This document shows, one piece after another, positions 9,969 to 19,889 of a DNA stretch of 64,000 nt. The position numbers and the translations under genes were made by a program. How positions within the stretch are numbered: the first letter of the stretch is position 1; every line of letters starts with the position of its first letter. Under the pieces are notes generated by a model. That model had not been told where the DNA came from and did no database searches. It worked only from the letters and a program-made list of their open reading frames with translations. Origin of the DNA: Candidatus Aenigmatarchaeota archaeon (lineage in GTDB: Archaea > Aenigmatarchaeota > Aenigmatarchaeia > QMZP01 > QMZT01); assembly GCA_016932735.1 (NCBI GenBank), contig JAFGCI010000001.1:35772-99771 (forward strand), given 5' to 3'.

Positions 9969-10349
9969 CTATACGTCGCCCTTCCGAAGATAGTACCATC
10001 TGAACGCAATCATTGTCACCGTCATGAAGAAGAACACCAATCCAAGGGCGGCGCCTGCCGGCATTGTTACCAGCTTCGTATAGTCTGCCCAGTAAAGCAG
10101 AGCGACAAAGACGAATGTAAGCATCCATGACCACGCCGTTCCATAAGCTCCAAGCTTTACTGTCCGCTCGTCTTTCTGGTAGGCTTCCGGATGGCGTTTC
10201 CTGAACAAAGTCAGTACTACAATGAACGCTAAAATAAAGAACGCGCTGGACATCGACACGTCATCTATGCCTCGCCATAAGAGCATGACAAGCATTACCA
10301 TTACCAGCAGAAGCCGGACAGACATCCATTTGATTTCGTCTTTCATCAT
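9969..10349 (-). CDS. DUF2178-like membrane protein
   Basis: 4 TM with central DER motif, coupled to XRE HTH. Confidence 0.7.
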   Translation of the reverse strand: MMKDEIKWMSVRLLLVMVMLVMLLWRGIDDVSMSSAFFILAFIVVLTLFRKRHPEAYQKDERTVKLGAYGTAWSWMLTFVFVALLYWADYTKLVTMPAGAALGLVFFFMTVTMIAFRWYYLRKGDV

Positions 10350-10365
10350 ATCGCCTCGTAATATA

Positions 10366-10407
10366 ATGTTAGAAATTTATAACTTTATGTTATATATTTA
10401 TCACTTT
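10366..10407. promoter_or_regulatory. Two 21-bp direct repeats with GTTA-N7-TAAC-type dyad, putative XRE operator
   Basis: atgttagaaatttataacttt / atgttatatatttatcacttt upstream of the DUF2178-HTH pair. Confidence 0.45.
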
Positions 10408-10432
10408 AGGTATATAAAGTTAGCGGAAAGAA

Positions 10433-11212
10433 TCAGGACAAATTAAACAATCTTTTTCTGGTCAATTCGAGATATTCTTTCTCTGTGTCTATTCCAATGT
10501 ACTTTCTTCGAAGCATCTTTGCAACAACCCCGGTTGTCCCTGAGCCATTGAAAGGATCGAGAACCAAATCCCCCTCATCAGTGCTTGATTCAATTATCCT
10601 TTTCAAAAGTTCTATCGGCTTTTGCGTCGGATGCTTTCCATGGACTTTTTCTCTTAACGGCGTTAACGGAATTGACCAGACACTTTTCATCTGTTTTCCT
10701 TTAGGATTAATCTTATCAGAATTCCAGTCCTTCATTTTCTGATAATTGAACTTGTGCCTTCCGTTCTTTCTTGCCCAGAGAACAGTTTCATGACTGTGAG
10801 CAAAATACCTGCAGGAAAGATTCGGAGGCGCATTTGGTTTGAACCAGGAAATCTCATTTAATATCTTGAATCCCAGAGTCTGCAATGCAAAACCAATGTA
10901 ATAAATATTATGGGGTGTTCCTGAAATCCAGATAGTTCCGCCATCTTTAAGGACTTCCCTGCATCCTGAGAGCCACTTAAGCGTGAAATCGAAATTGTCC
11001 TTAAAGCCGTTGGACTTATCCCATTCCGCCTTATCAACACGGACCATCTTACCTGCCTTGCAGGTAATACCGCCATTGGACAAAAAGTAAGGCGGGTCCG
11101 CGAAGATCATGTCGATGCTATTGCCTGCAATCATAGAAAGTATCGTGGTGCAGTCGCCCAGATAAAGGACGATGTCTCTTTCCCTGTAGAAGATTTTATC
11201 AATTAAAACCAA
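10433..11212 (-). CDS. Beta-class N6/N4 DNA methyltransferase, DpnA (M.DpnIIB)-like
   Basis: FADPPYFLSNGGITC, HPTQKP, LDPFNGSGTT; TTG start. Confidence 0.85.
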   Translation of the reverse strand: MVLIDKIFYRERDIVLYLGDCTTILSMIAGNSIDMIFADPPYFLSNGGITCKAGKMVRVDKAEWDKSNGFKDNFDFTLKWLSGCREVLKDGGTIWISGTPHNIYYIGFALQTLGFKILNEISWFKPNAPPNLSCRYFAHSHETVLWARKNGRHKFNYQKMKDWNSDKINPKGKQMKSVWSIPLTPLREKVHGKHPTQKPIELLKRIIESSTDEGDLVLDPFNGSGTTGVVAKMLRRKYIGIDTEKEYLELTRKRLFNLS

Positions 11213-11288
11213 GATACATCGATCCGATCTTGATCAGGATTGCTTATAAAACATTATCAAGAAAATGTTAAGGAACTGTTAAGAATTA

Positions 11289-12065
11289 CTACATCCTTAT
11301 TATTTTATATTCTCCTCTCGAGTTGAATTCCAGCAAATTTTTATCTCTAAGAATTTGTAACTGTTGCCTTATTTTTGCTTTTATGTTGTTGTTTGCAGGA
11401 TGCAGTTCTTTTAGATAGTCTTCAAATTTATACACATCTTTCAGAATAAATTGTTCTTTTCTCAAATCTTCAACACATTTCAGGACATCGGAAGTCCATC
11501 CCCTAAGTTCAGGTCGTTTTTCATTAAGGAAACTCATTCTTTTCCATGCTTTGTTGACTTTCTCTTTGGATATTATTTCTTCATTTCTGATTATTGGTAT
11601 CCTTCCATCTTCAGGTATCCTATCAAGAAGTATATTACACCCTACCCATTCATTAGACCTCCCCTTTGGTTTTGTAGGGTTTCTTTTCTCAATTATCGAA
11701 AGAGAAAAGAAAAAACGTGGTACCATGAAAAGATTTTTTATAACCCATTCATCTCTCGAGTAATGCATCAGAAGAAAATTTGGAATTCTGTTTGCTCCAA
11801 TAGAAGATGTCATAGTATAGAATTCTCCATCAACAACTCTTTTTCCAAATTTTGTTTTGGAAGCTTTCAACTGGAAATCGTTTCTACATTTAGGGCAGAT
11901 AAAATCGAGAACTTTTGTATTATTTTTCAGAGACTCTACATTCCCATTAAGACAACAAGGACAATACATTTCAGAAGAGAACCAGTTTTCAGAAAGTACC
12001 CTGATTATCTGGCTCGGGCTTTTGTAGTGCTTCAATACATCATCGTCTAAAATAGAAATCTGCAT
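11289..12065 (-). CDS. DpnI-like (Dam-replacing family) methyl-directed restriction endonuclease
   Basis: YKSPSQIIRVLSENW, CPCC/CPKC Zn site, D...QLK nuclease motif, WVGCNI, C-terminal KIRQQLQILRD winged helix. Confidence 0.88.
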   Translation of the reverse strand: MQISILDDDVLKHYKSPSQIIRVLSENWFSSEMYCPCCLNGNVESLKNNTKVLDFICPKCRNDFQLKASKTKFGKRVVDGEFYTMTSSIGANRIPNFLLMHYSRDEWVIKNLFMVPRFFFSLSIIEKRNPTKPKGRSNEWVGCNILLDRIPEDGRIPIIRNEEIISKEKVNKAWKRMSFLNEKRPELRGWTSDVLKCVEDLRKEQFILKDVYKFEDYLKELHPANNNIKAKIRQQLQILRDKNLLEFNSRGEYKIIRM

Positions 12066-12175
12066 AGTTTAGATTTGTTTTACTTGTTTAAGATCTTTAG
12101 AAAATCGTCCGTCTCGGATTTAGATGCCGACTTTGAAAAATCTTATTTTATAAACCTTCAACCTAAACCACAATC

Positions 12176-12610
12176 ATGTCAAAATATTTTTGTAATGAGT
12201 GCAGGAAACCAATAACAGAGGACGAGTTCCTTTTTTCAACTGGCAAATACAGGAGACCCCTTTGCAGGTTTCATCAAAAAGAAGAAAAGAAATCAACGCC
12301 GGAGGCTTTAGAACTTGGAAAAGCATTGAAAAGTAGGGGTGTTCCAGTTGAATTGGAGAAATTTGACGGTTTCAAGCATATTGATATAGCAGTCTTTGAT
12401 GCTAAAGTTAACATAGAGGTTGATGGCGTACAGCACAATCTGAAAAAGGAGCAGGCTTTGGCTGATCTTAAAAGAACATTCTTTTCTTTCAAAAAAGGTT
12501 TTCTTACTCTCAGAATACCCAACATACTTGTAAGAGATAAAAAAACTCTTGAAGAAACTGCCGATTTTATAACAGAATTTCTTATTGAAAGCAGAGATCA
12601 ATTAGAATAA
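12176..12610 (+). CDS. DUF559-like PD-(D/E)xK nuclease with N-terminal Zn motif
   Basis: CNEC...C-x-x-H, STPEA, IDIAV...NIEVDG-x-QH. Confidence 0.7.
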   Translation: MSKYFCNECRKPITEDEFLFSTGKYRRPLCRFHQKEEKKSTPEALELGKALKSRGVPVELEKFDGFKHIDIAVFDAKVNIEVDGVQHNLKKEQALADLKRTFFSFKKGFLTLRIPNILVRDKKTLEETADFITEFLIESRDQLE

Positions 12611-12622
12611 AACCCTCAATAA

Positions 12623-12982
12623 ATGATACTTATGAAATCCAAAGAAGTCGATGAGTATATTGAAAAGCAGAAATCTCCCCAGAAGGAGATTTGCAGGAAA
12701 TTAAGGAAGATTATCCTCGCGAAGTTCCCGAAGGCTGAAGAGAAAATGAAGCTGGGCGTTCCGTGGTACGGAAAATTCTATATAGTGAGCCTTAAGGACA
12801 GCGTCAATCTCGGCTTTTCGGTTGAAGGGCTTCCGAAGAAAGATGCGGATAATTTCTCAGGAAAAGGAAGAATGATGAGGCATCTGAAGTTCAGAGACGT
12901 AAAAGAGATTGATGAAAAGAAGATTTCAGGACTTCTGGAGCTTGTCGATAAGAAAGCGAAATGCGGAAGCTGTTATAAATGA
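12623..12982 (+). CDS. DUF1801 (YdhG-like) protein
   Basis: VDEYI...LRKII...E-x-MK-x-GVPWY, GKGRMMRHLK. Confidence 0.8.
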   Translation: MILMKSKEVDEYIEKQKSPQKEICRKLRKIILAKFPKAEEKMKLGVPWYGKFYIVSLKDSVNLGFSVEGLPKKDADNFSGKGRMMRHLKFRDVKEIDEKKISGLLELVDKKAKCGSCYK

Positions 12983-12994
12983 ATATCCGCAATT

Positions 12995-13750
12995 CTAAAT
13001 TTCCTCAACAATCATTGATGAGAAATCAATCGGTTCTACTACCTTTTCTGGTCTTGGGGGCGGAGTATACATCATTTGTCCATCCGACATTTCAACCTTT
13101 CCATAAGGTTTCATTTTATCAGGATCAAAATCTTCTCTTTTTGAAAAGGGAAGGCAACGCAGTACTCCCCCGTTCGCGTGCAGGAACTGGTAGCCGGGAT
13201 ATGAACCAATTATGGGTTCGTCCTGATGAGATGCCTCGGAGATTTCTTTGAAGAATGGTTCCATGTTCTTCGGTATGTCACCAGGGAACACGCTTGAAAG
13301 AGTTACTGTCTTTATCAGGCGTAGGGGGCCCGTGAAATAATGATATTCACCCCAAAATTTGAACTGCGGATTATTTTTCCAATTCTTCTTTTCATCGTTT
13401 TTGACCTCGCTTACCTGCGGACCGAGAACCTGATCACCGTAATGCTCAAAGTCGCGGTTCATCTCCTCAGTTGTCGGATACCTGAAATGAGCATCTATTT
13501 TAGCTAAAACACCTGCAGGCTCTTTTCTTCTCAATGAATACTGTCCTATTCCTGCAGGACCTGCATGAGACATCCATAAAGACGGATGGGTATTCTGCTC
13601 GTCGCATGAGTTTTCAAGTGTCTGGAAACCCTTTGCTGCGTATATGGCGACCGGTGCAAAAAGGTTGGCTCCTGCTTGGAATATGCTGTACGTAAATATA
13701 GCAGGTTCTATCTCATCCATAATGATTCTTGCTCTATCTATTCGGCTCAT
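12995..13750 (-). CDS. Hypothetical protein
   Basis: 251-aa ORF with TTTAAAAA TATA upstream; no family recognised. Confidence 0.55.
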   Translation of the reverse strand: MSRIDRARIIMDEIEPAIFTYSIFQAGANLFAPVAIYAAKGFQTLENSCDEQNTHPSLWMSHAGPAGIGQYSLRRKEPAGVLAKIDAHFRYPTTEEMNRDFEHYGDQVLGPQVSEVKNDEKKNWKNNPQFKFWGEYHYFTGPLRLIKTVTLSSVFPGDIPKNMEPFFKEISEASHQDEPIIGSYPGYQFLHANGGVLRCLPFSKREDFDPDKMKPYGKVEMSDGQMMYTPPPRPEKVVEPIDFSSMIVEEI

Positions 13751-13800
13751 AATATTTTTGTTATCACTACAAAGTTTTTAAATGGGTATTGTTCAAAGAG

Positions 13801-13968
13801 TTACCGTCTCTTCTCTACAATCAGAACAAAATCAATATCCGCTGCCGGAACGGAATTCGGTATAATCGATACTACCTCTCCGTTCATGCTGTTTAAGAAC
13901 TCTTCCAGTTTGTACTGGTCCTTTGCCATCTTTATCTCAAACTTATGAACCCTGTATTTTGATGCCAT
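13801..13968 (-). CDS. Small hypothetical protein (55 aa)
   Basis: MASKYRVHKF...GEVVSIIPN...LIVEK with GGGGATGTGA SD-like sequence. Confidence 0.6.
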   Translation of the reverse strand: MASKYRVHKFEIKMAKDQYKLEEFLNSMNGEVVSIIPNSVPAADIDFVLIVEKRR

Positions 13969-14044
13969 TTTATCACATCCCCCTTTACACAAATTGTAAG
14001 TAAGATTGATAAAGAGATGAAAAGAAAAGTTCATTACCCGTAGA

Positions 14045-14224
14045 TCAGTCCTTATTCTTTCCGCCGGAGCCCATGAGTGCGAGGGCGACGAGCGCGAGAA
14101 GTATGCCGAAGAATAACAAACCAGTCCACAAGCCTTCTCCTGTCTGCATGAAAACATAAGCCAGAACGAACATTACTGCCGCCACGACGAAGAGAATAAG
14201 CCCGATGAGCTTTGACGTATCCAT
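14045..14224 (-). CDS. Small 2-TM membrane protein (59 aa, below ORF-track cutoff)
   Basis: MDTSKLIGLILFVVAAVMFVLAYVF...LWTGLLFFGILLALVALALMG; CTTATAA TATA upstream. Confidence 0.55.
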   Translation of the reverse strand: MDTSKLIGLILFVVAAVMFVLAYVFMQTGEGLWTGLLFFGILLALVALALMGSGGKNKD

Positions 14225-14406
14225 TATTCTAATTGGATGCTCTTAGTTATAAGGATTCACTTTTCACTATTCAGCTCTCTGGAAAGCCCTTATATACGAT
14301 TTGGGAGAATCATTTTTTGTGGTGAAAATGTATAAGGATTTTTGGGAAGAGGAGTTTTAGCTGGAAGCTGCGAATCTTTTTATTTTCCCACACCCCTCCT
14401 TTAATT

Positions 14407-14877
14407 ATGAAAGGAAAAACTGTCGTTGCTTTTGCGTCCAAGAGCGGGGTAACCGAGGAAGCCGCTACCCTCATTGCTAAGACGCTTAGAGATAATGGTA
14501 TTGAGACAGAACTTGTAAACCTCAGGAAGGACAAGAAATTCATAGCTTCTGCATATGATAATGTTGTCGTTGGCGGAGCTGTAAGGTGCGGAAAGATTTA
14601 TGGAGAAGTCGAAAATTTCTTCAAGAGAAACAATCTGTCAAAAAAGAAAGCCGGTTTGTTCATTGTAAGCGGAGGCGGCGGAGACCCCAAAGAGCATGAC
14701 AGCGCCCTGGAGAAATACAACGGGAGTATAACCCGCCAGTTCTCCGATGTAAACTTCGTATCAAATGCTGCTTTTGGTGGAATGATGAAGATTTTTGGAA
14801 AGACTGTTTTTGATAACAGAGACCCTGAGAAAGTCAGGAAATGGGCAGAAGAGCTTTCCATCAAGCTAAAGAAATAA
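14407..14877 (+). CDS. Flavodoxin-domain protein (HemG-like fold)
   Basis: FASKSGVTEEAA FMN loop, YDNVVVGGAV, FGG...DNRD. Confidence 0.8.
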   Translation: MKGKTVVAFASKSGVTEEAATLIAKTLRDNGIETELVNLRKDKKFIASAYDNVVVGGAVRCGKIYGEVENFFKRNNLSKKKAGLFIVSGGGGDPKEHDSALEKYNGSITRQFSDVNFVSNAAFGGMMKIFGKTVFDNRDPEKVRKWAEELSIKLKK

Positions 14878-14904
14878 ATTTAAAGAAAAAGGAAAGAATC
14901 CTTC

Positions 14905-15699
14905 TTATTTTTTCATCTTCAGATAGAAGTTCGTCTGCGCGTTCGCCGAGAAGACTGTCACATACGCCAGTCCCACAAGGTATACAATTGCCGCTGGGAC
15001 TACTGTCCATCCGTTCATGATAAGCATCGACAGAACTTCAATCCCGTTCGAGTTCGCCTGCATCGTCATCATTGCAGGAAGCATTATCGACCATATCGTA
15101 GCCATCATGGGTATCATGAATACCATTATGATGACCCCGCCAAGGATCGATGTCAATATCCATGCGATGAAAACGTTTACTGTCTCCTTCCTGAAGATTC
15201 CATACGATTCTCTTAGAGCCTCATCAAACTTCGATTTCTTTGCTATTGCTATCTGCATCGCGAAGAAGAACATCAGGCTTACTATTATCGAGAATACCCA
15301 TCCTACGTAAGGAACCATGCTAACGATTCCGGAAATGACGCCTACGACTATTCCGACCCCAAGAATAGAGCCGTATCTTTCTTTTGAGACTTTCCAACTC
15401 TTATCATATTCCTTAGGTTTTACTGACTGGTGTATGAGAGCGCCTACTATGTATAGCCTGAGAAGCGACCAGATTATGAACACTAATGAAATCATGCCCA
15501 CCATTCCAGCAACCGAGGACGCCATAAGAAGCGCGTTGATGTTTCCCTGCACAAGCTGCTGTATCGCAAGAGCGTTCGACATAAGATATGAGAACGCGAG
15601 CAGGAACGCCACTGCGTCAAGTACCAGTACGGGAAGCCATCTCCTCGGCTCCACACCGAAGCGAAGAGCATCCCCTAAAATCTTTCCATATTCAACCAT
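14905..15699 (-). CDS. Polytopic membrane protein
   Basis: ~6 hydrophobic segments, GGTGG SD. Confidence 0.7.
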   Translation of the reverse strand: MVEYGKILGDALRFGVEPRRWLPVLVLDAVAFLLAFSYLMSNALAIQQLVQGNINALLMASSVAGMVGMISLVFIIWSLLRLYIVGALIHQSVKPKEYDKSWKVSKERYGSILGVGIVVGVISGIVSMVPYVGWVFSIIVSLMFFFAMQIAIAKKSKFDEALRESYGIFRKETVNVFIAWILTSILGGVIIMVFMIPMMATIWSIMLPAMMTMQANSNGIEVLSMLIMNGWTVVPAAIVYLVGLAYVTVFSANAQTNFYLKMKK

Positions 15700-15954
15700 T
15701 CATCCACCTTTCTTCTTTTTATCAAAGCACCAGTTGCGCTGCTTTATTCCCCAGGTAGCCCACGAGGCTCCCAATATGGCCGTTCCTATGAGAAGCGAAG
15801 CTATCGCTACGGCAATATTCTGGTAGATATTATAATCTATTGCATAGAAGAACAGCCACAAGATAATGAAAACGACCCATCCGATGGCTACTATTATTGA
15901 CAGCCCGACACGCCATCCGAGGCCCTGTACATCTGATTCTTTGTCCTTTTTCAT
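15700..15954 (-). CDS. Small 2-TM membrane protein
   Basis: Two TMs with YNIYQNIA loop; GGGGAG SD. Confidence 0.65.
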   Translation of the reverse strand: MKKDKESDVQGLGWRVGLSIIVAIGWVVFIILWLFFYAIDYNIYQNIAVAIASLLIGTAILGASWATWGIKQRNWCFDKKKKGG

Positions 15955-16012
15955 ATTCTCCCCCCTTTAATCACTATTTTTTGTCAATATAAGTATTATA
16001 TATACACCCCAA

Positions 16013-16600
16013 ATGAAAATATTATATATGGATATAAACGCGTTAGTAGAGAAAATAAAGTCATATCTTCTGAAGCCCGAAGAGGCATTTGAAAAGGAAA
16101 AGAAAACTGGGCTCGTAGATGCCCTCAAGTATCTGCTCATGGTCGGAACCATATTGGCGGTATTATCGGCCGTGATATCAGCGGTTACCGGAGGAGTCAT
16201 GGGGCCAATGCTCTTCGTGACAACGCTTGTGACAATGTATGTAATGCTGGCGGTCGGTTCTTTCATAGGGGCCATTATTTTGCACATATTCGCATTAATA
16301 TTCGGCGCAAAGAAAGGATACGAGCAGACATATAAAGTCACTGCATATTCAATGACACCGACACTGGTTCTTGGATGGGTGCCCGTAATAAACTTCATAA
16401 CAGGTATCTGGACCCTATACCTCGAATATCTTGGCCTTAAGAAGCTTCAGGATATGAAAAGCAGTAATGCCATTCTGGCAGTGCTTGTCCCCGTGATAAT
16501 AGGAATGATAATAGCGGGGCTTTCAGCCATGTGGCTTATGTCGTCAATGACTGCACTAATGCCGATGGCGGGAATGTCAGGATTGCCATTTGGGCCTTGA
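16013..16600 (+). CDS. Yip1-family membrane protein
   Basis: LLKPEEAF, ILHIFA, AYSMTP, 5 TM. Confidence 0.8.
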   Translation: MKILYMDINALVEKIKSYLLKPEEAFEKEKKTGLVDALKYLLMVGTILAVLSAVISAVTGGVMGPMLFVTTLVTMYVMLAVGSFIGAIILHIFALIFGAKKGYEQTYKVTAYSMTPTLVLGWVPVINFITGIWTLYLEYLGLKKLQDMKSSNAILAVLVPVIIGMIIAGLSAMWLMSSMTALMPMAGMSGLPFGP

Positions 16601-16627
16601 TTCCAATCTTTTCTTTTTTATTTTCTT

Positions 16628-17305
16628 TCAGAATATCTTGAACTTGCTCGGCTTTATCCCCTCGCTCGTTATCTCGAATTTCACTGACTTTCCTTCTGGC
16701 AATGACCTATGCTTTATCAGCGTTGCCTTGCGCTCGCCGCTTCTTCCGGTAGGCTCTAAAAGTATTATTGCTTTAGACCAATATCTGATGGTGTCTCCGC
16801 CTATTATCCGTGACTCGCCCGTGTCCCAGTCCTTGTATATATGCGACGTTATTATGACGGGGGAATTCTTTTCCCTTGAAATATTCGAAAGTATTGACAG
16901 CTGGATTGAAAGCTCTTTGTTTGCCTCGATTGTTTCCTTCTTCGGGTCTGCGCACTCCAGACGGTAGAGGGCGACAACAGAATCAACAATAATCATTCCG
17001 CTCTTCAGTTTCTCGATGTCTTTTATGACGTCCGACTGCTCCTTGTAATTCTTCGGATTGAATATCTTTATTTCATTCAGGAATTTTTCAGAGTGTTCGC
17101 CGGCAACCTGTTTCATTCTCTCGGGAGACAATCCTCCCTCAGTATCCACATAGAAAACCTTTCCGCCCCTTTTAATGAATTCAACAGCTGCAATTATGCA
17201 TATGTTCGTCTTCCCGACTCCGGGAGGCCCGTAAAAATTCGTGAGGGCGCCGTTTTCGACTGCGCCAATCAAGTCAGATAAAGGCTCAGGTAATTTAAGA
17301 GTCAT
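16628..17305 (-). CDS. radB: DNA repair protein RadB
   Basis: Walker A GPPGVGKT, YVDTEGGLSPER, C-terminal KHR motif; lacks the RadA N-terminal domain. Confidence 0.9.
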   Translation of the reverse strand: MTLKLPEPLSDLIGAVENGALTNFYGPPGVGKTNICIIAAVEFIKRGGKVFYVDTEGGLSPERMKQVAGEHSEKFLNEIKIFNPKNYKEQSDVIKDIEKLKSGMIIVDSVVALYRLECADPKKETIEANKELSIQLSILSNISREKNSPVIITSHIYKDWDTGESRIIGGDTIRYWSKAIILLEPTGRSGERKATLIKHRSLPEGKSVKFEITSEGIKPSKFKIF

Positions 17306-17338
17306 GCTATAATTTTGAAGGGCTGTATTAAAAATAGC

Positions 17339-17872
17339 TCAGAATCTGACATTTGCAGGATCCTTTCCGTATTTTCTTATAACCTGATGGCCCGTTACGG
17401 ATGTCGTGTCTTTCATCTGATAGCCAAGCTTTTCGACGGCAGTTCTTATTGATTCTTCATCCGGCCCTTCTATTTCGATGAAAGGTGGTATATCGGGATA
17501 TTCGTCTATCTCTATCTTTACATTTTCAAATTCGAATGAGGTCCTCTTTTTCTCTGTGTGCCTGACGATGACAAGACCGCATTTTTCAAGTATCTCCATC
17601 ATTGTCTCGGGGCTCCCTAAGCTCGTCTCTATCTCTCTATGTATCTTGAATTCATCATTTTTTTCCTTGGCGCACTTGTATACTATTTCCTTTTCTTTCT
17701 CAGAGTTCCTGACACGAAGGACTTCGTGTATCTTCTTCAGCCTTCCGTCAGGATAATCATAGAAATTATCGACTATAACCCTTTCATCGGTCTGCTCACC
17801 GCCAAGGTTGAGAATCTTGTCAGAAATCGCTTCCTTGTCTATCTCCAGAATTTTGACCTCAATCTCTCTCAT
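17339..17872 (-). CDS. CYTH-domain protein (class IV adenylate cyclase-like)
   Basis: EIEVK N-terminal motif, LRVR, KKR, FIEIEG. Confidence 0.85.
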   Translation of the reverse strand: MREIEVKILEIDKEAISDKILNLGGEQTDERVIVDNFYDYPDGRLKKIHEVLRVRNSEKEKEIVYKCAKEKNDEFKIHREIETSLGSPETMMEILEKCGLVIVRHTEKKRTSFEFENVKIEIDEYPDIPPFIEIEGPDEESIRTAVEKLGYQMKDTTSVTGHQVIRKYGKDPANVRF

Positions 17873-17920
17873 GGTAAAAGATTGTATGGGATAATTATAA
17901 ATAAAAGAAAATGGAAGGGT

Positions 17921-18850
17921 TTATGCTTTCTTCTTTTCCATTTTTTCGATTTCTGTTTTTCCTAAAGCGGCTGCTCCCAGAACAGCATTTGCCTCGCTTG
18001 CGAATTCTGTCGGTATTAATATCATCAGGGAATTCTGCTCGGCCCCTATTTCCTGCCATGTCTGCAGTTGGCGAAGTTTCAATGCGTTTGGCTTGCTTGC
18101 TATGATATCTGCCGCCTCGGAGAACTTCTTTGCTGATTCCATTTCAGCTTCTGCCTTTATCAGCCTTGCCTTCTTCTCTCTTGAAGCCTCTGCTTCCTTT
18201 GCCATGGCTCTCTTTAACATTTCAGGGAGGATGACATCCTTTATCTCGACCCCGCTTATTTTAATCCCCCATGGATTGGTCGCAAGGTCGACTATCTTCT
18301 GGATATCTTTTCCAATTTCTTCCTTTCTTGTTAAAAGGCGGTCAAGGTCGGATTTTCCAACGATATCCCTTAGCGTTGTCTGTGCAATCTTGACTGATGC
18401 TGTCGCAAAGTCTTCTACATCCATAACAGCTTTTTTGGGGTTATCTATCTTATAGTAGATGACTGCATCGACTTCTACGGGAACGCTGTCAGAGCTCATT
18501 ATCTCCTGCGGCTGGACATCCCAGACCCTTGTCCTTAAGTCTGTCCTGAAAAGCTGCTCGAAGATAGGGACCATGAAAAAAAGTCCCGGTCCAGCCAGCC
18601 TGGAGTAGCGTCCCACCCGAAGGACAATTACGCGTTCCCATTCTGCTGCTACCCTGACAGACGCTGCAATGAATATCATCAGGATGAAGCCCACGATAGC
18701 ATAACCGAACTGTGCAGTGAAGAAAGTGGCTACTAAAGAGAGGAAGAATACCAGAATACCGATAACTCCCCCAACCGGCGTAGCGCCGCTCTTGTTGCCT
18801 GACTCAAAACTGTAGGCTCCTGAGCCCACAGGTGCTAGTTGACCTTTCAT
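17921..18850 (-). CDS. SPFH/Band-7 (slipin/stomatin-like) protein
   Basis: ERVIVLRVG, GPGL, AQTTLRD, WGIK, AEA-x-REK. Confidence 0.92.
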   Translation of the reverse strand: MKGQLAPVGSGAYSFESGNKSGATPVGGVIGILVFFLSLVATFFTAQFGYAIVGFILMIFIAASVRVAAEWERVIVLRVGRYSRLAGPGLFFMVPIFEQLFRTDLRTRVWDVQPQEIMSSDSVPVEVDAVIYYKIDNPKKAVMDVEDFATASVKIAQTTLRDIVGKSDLDRLLTRKEEIGKDIQKIVDLATNPWGIKISGVEIKDVILPEMLKRAMAKEAEASREKKARLIKAEAEMESAKKFSEAADIIASKPNALKLRQLQTWQEIGAEQNSLMILIPTEFASEANAVLGAAALGKTEIEKMEKKKA

Positions 18851-18907
18851 GCTAAAAATTTAACATTGCGGCTTAAAAGTTTTTAATTCTGTATACAATC
18901 TTTAAGC

Positions 18908-19480
18908 ATGTCACATGAACTCAATAAAGATGAACAGAATTTTTTACTAAAGCTTGCAAGAAGAACAATGGAATCGTATCTTAAAGACGGGAAGATGCCA
19001 GAGGTTGATGAATCGGGTTTATCTGAAAATCTAAAAAGGGTTCAGGGAGGGTTTGTAACTCTTAACAAGAACGGTGAACTGAGAGGATGTATCGGGCATA
19101 TAATCCCCCACGAGCCTCTTTACAGATGCGTGATTGACAATGCAATCAATGCGGCCTTTCAAGACAATCGGTTCCCACCCCTAACTTATGACGAACTGAA
19201 AGATATAGAAATCGAAATTTCAGTTCTTAGTGTCCCGAAAAAACTTGAGCACTCATCACCGGAAGACCTCTTAAAAAAACTGGTCCCTTTGAAAGACGGT
19301 GTTGTCCTTAAATCGGGGTGGAAGCAGTCGACGTTTCTTCCGCAGGTCTGGGAGCAGTTGCCTGACAAAACAGAATTTCTGGAGCAATTATGCCTGAAGC
19401 AGGGTTCATCTAAAAACTGCTGGAAAGATGCCAATACGGTGGTCGAGATTTATCATGCTCAAATTTTCGGGGAAAACTGA
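18908..19480 (+). CDS. AMMECR1-domain protein (AmmeMemoRadiSam protein A)
   Basis: FVTL...LRGCIG, AAFQDNRF, TFLPQVW. Confidence 0.92.
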   Translation: MSHELNKDEQNFLLKLARRTMESYLKDGKMPEVDESGLSENLKRVQGGFVTLNKNGELRGCIGHIIPHEPLYRCVIDNAINAAFQDNRFPPLTYDELKDIEIEISVLSVPKKLEHSSPEDLLKKLVPLKDGVVLKSGWKQSTFLPQVWEQLPDKTEFLEQLCLKQGSSKNCWKDANTVVEIYHAQIFGEN

Positions 19481-19889
19481 CGCACTCCCAGATATTCAAA
19501 GATCGGGCATGGTGGCGTATCCACTTCTTCCCTGAAAACCGGCCATTCGTGAACTGTGTGTTTGTTAACCGCCGCACTTCTTTCCAGGGCGGCCGCGCAA
19601 AGTTTCCTTATATCCACATCGACATCCATTAAAGCTAACCCTCTTAAAGCCATCCAACCCCTCGCTAATTTAACTCTAATGATAGTTATCTGAAGGTCAT
19701 TTAAGATTTATTATATATATTTTTGACAAATGTTATTTATTATTTTTCTTTGATATCTAAAAATCAAAAAAGATTAATAAAATTCTAATGGGTTATATTT
19801 CCGAATGTTCAGCGCCGTTACAAAAAAGAACTGCAAATATCAAAACGTAGAAAGAATATTTTTATAAATCATGTAAAGAACACTCAATT

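Noticed and set aside
19459..19653. 64-aa minus-strand ORF
   Set aside because: No recognisable motif and overlaps the AMMECR1 gene end; cannot support or exclude
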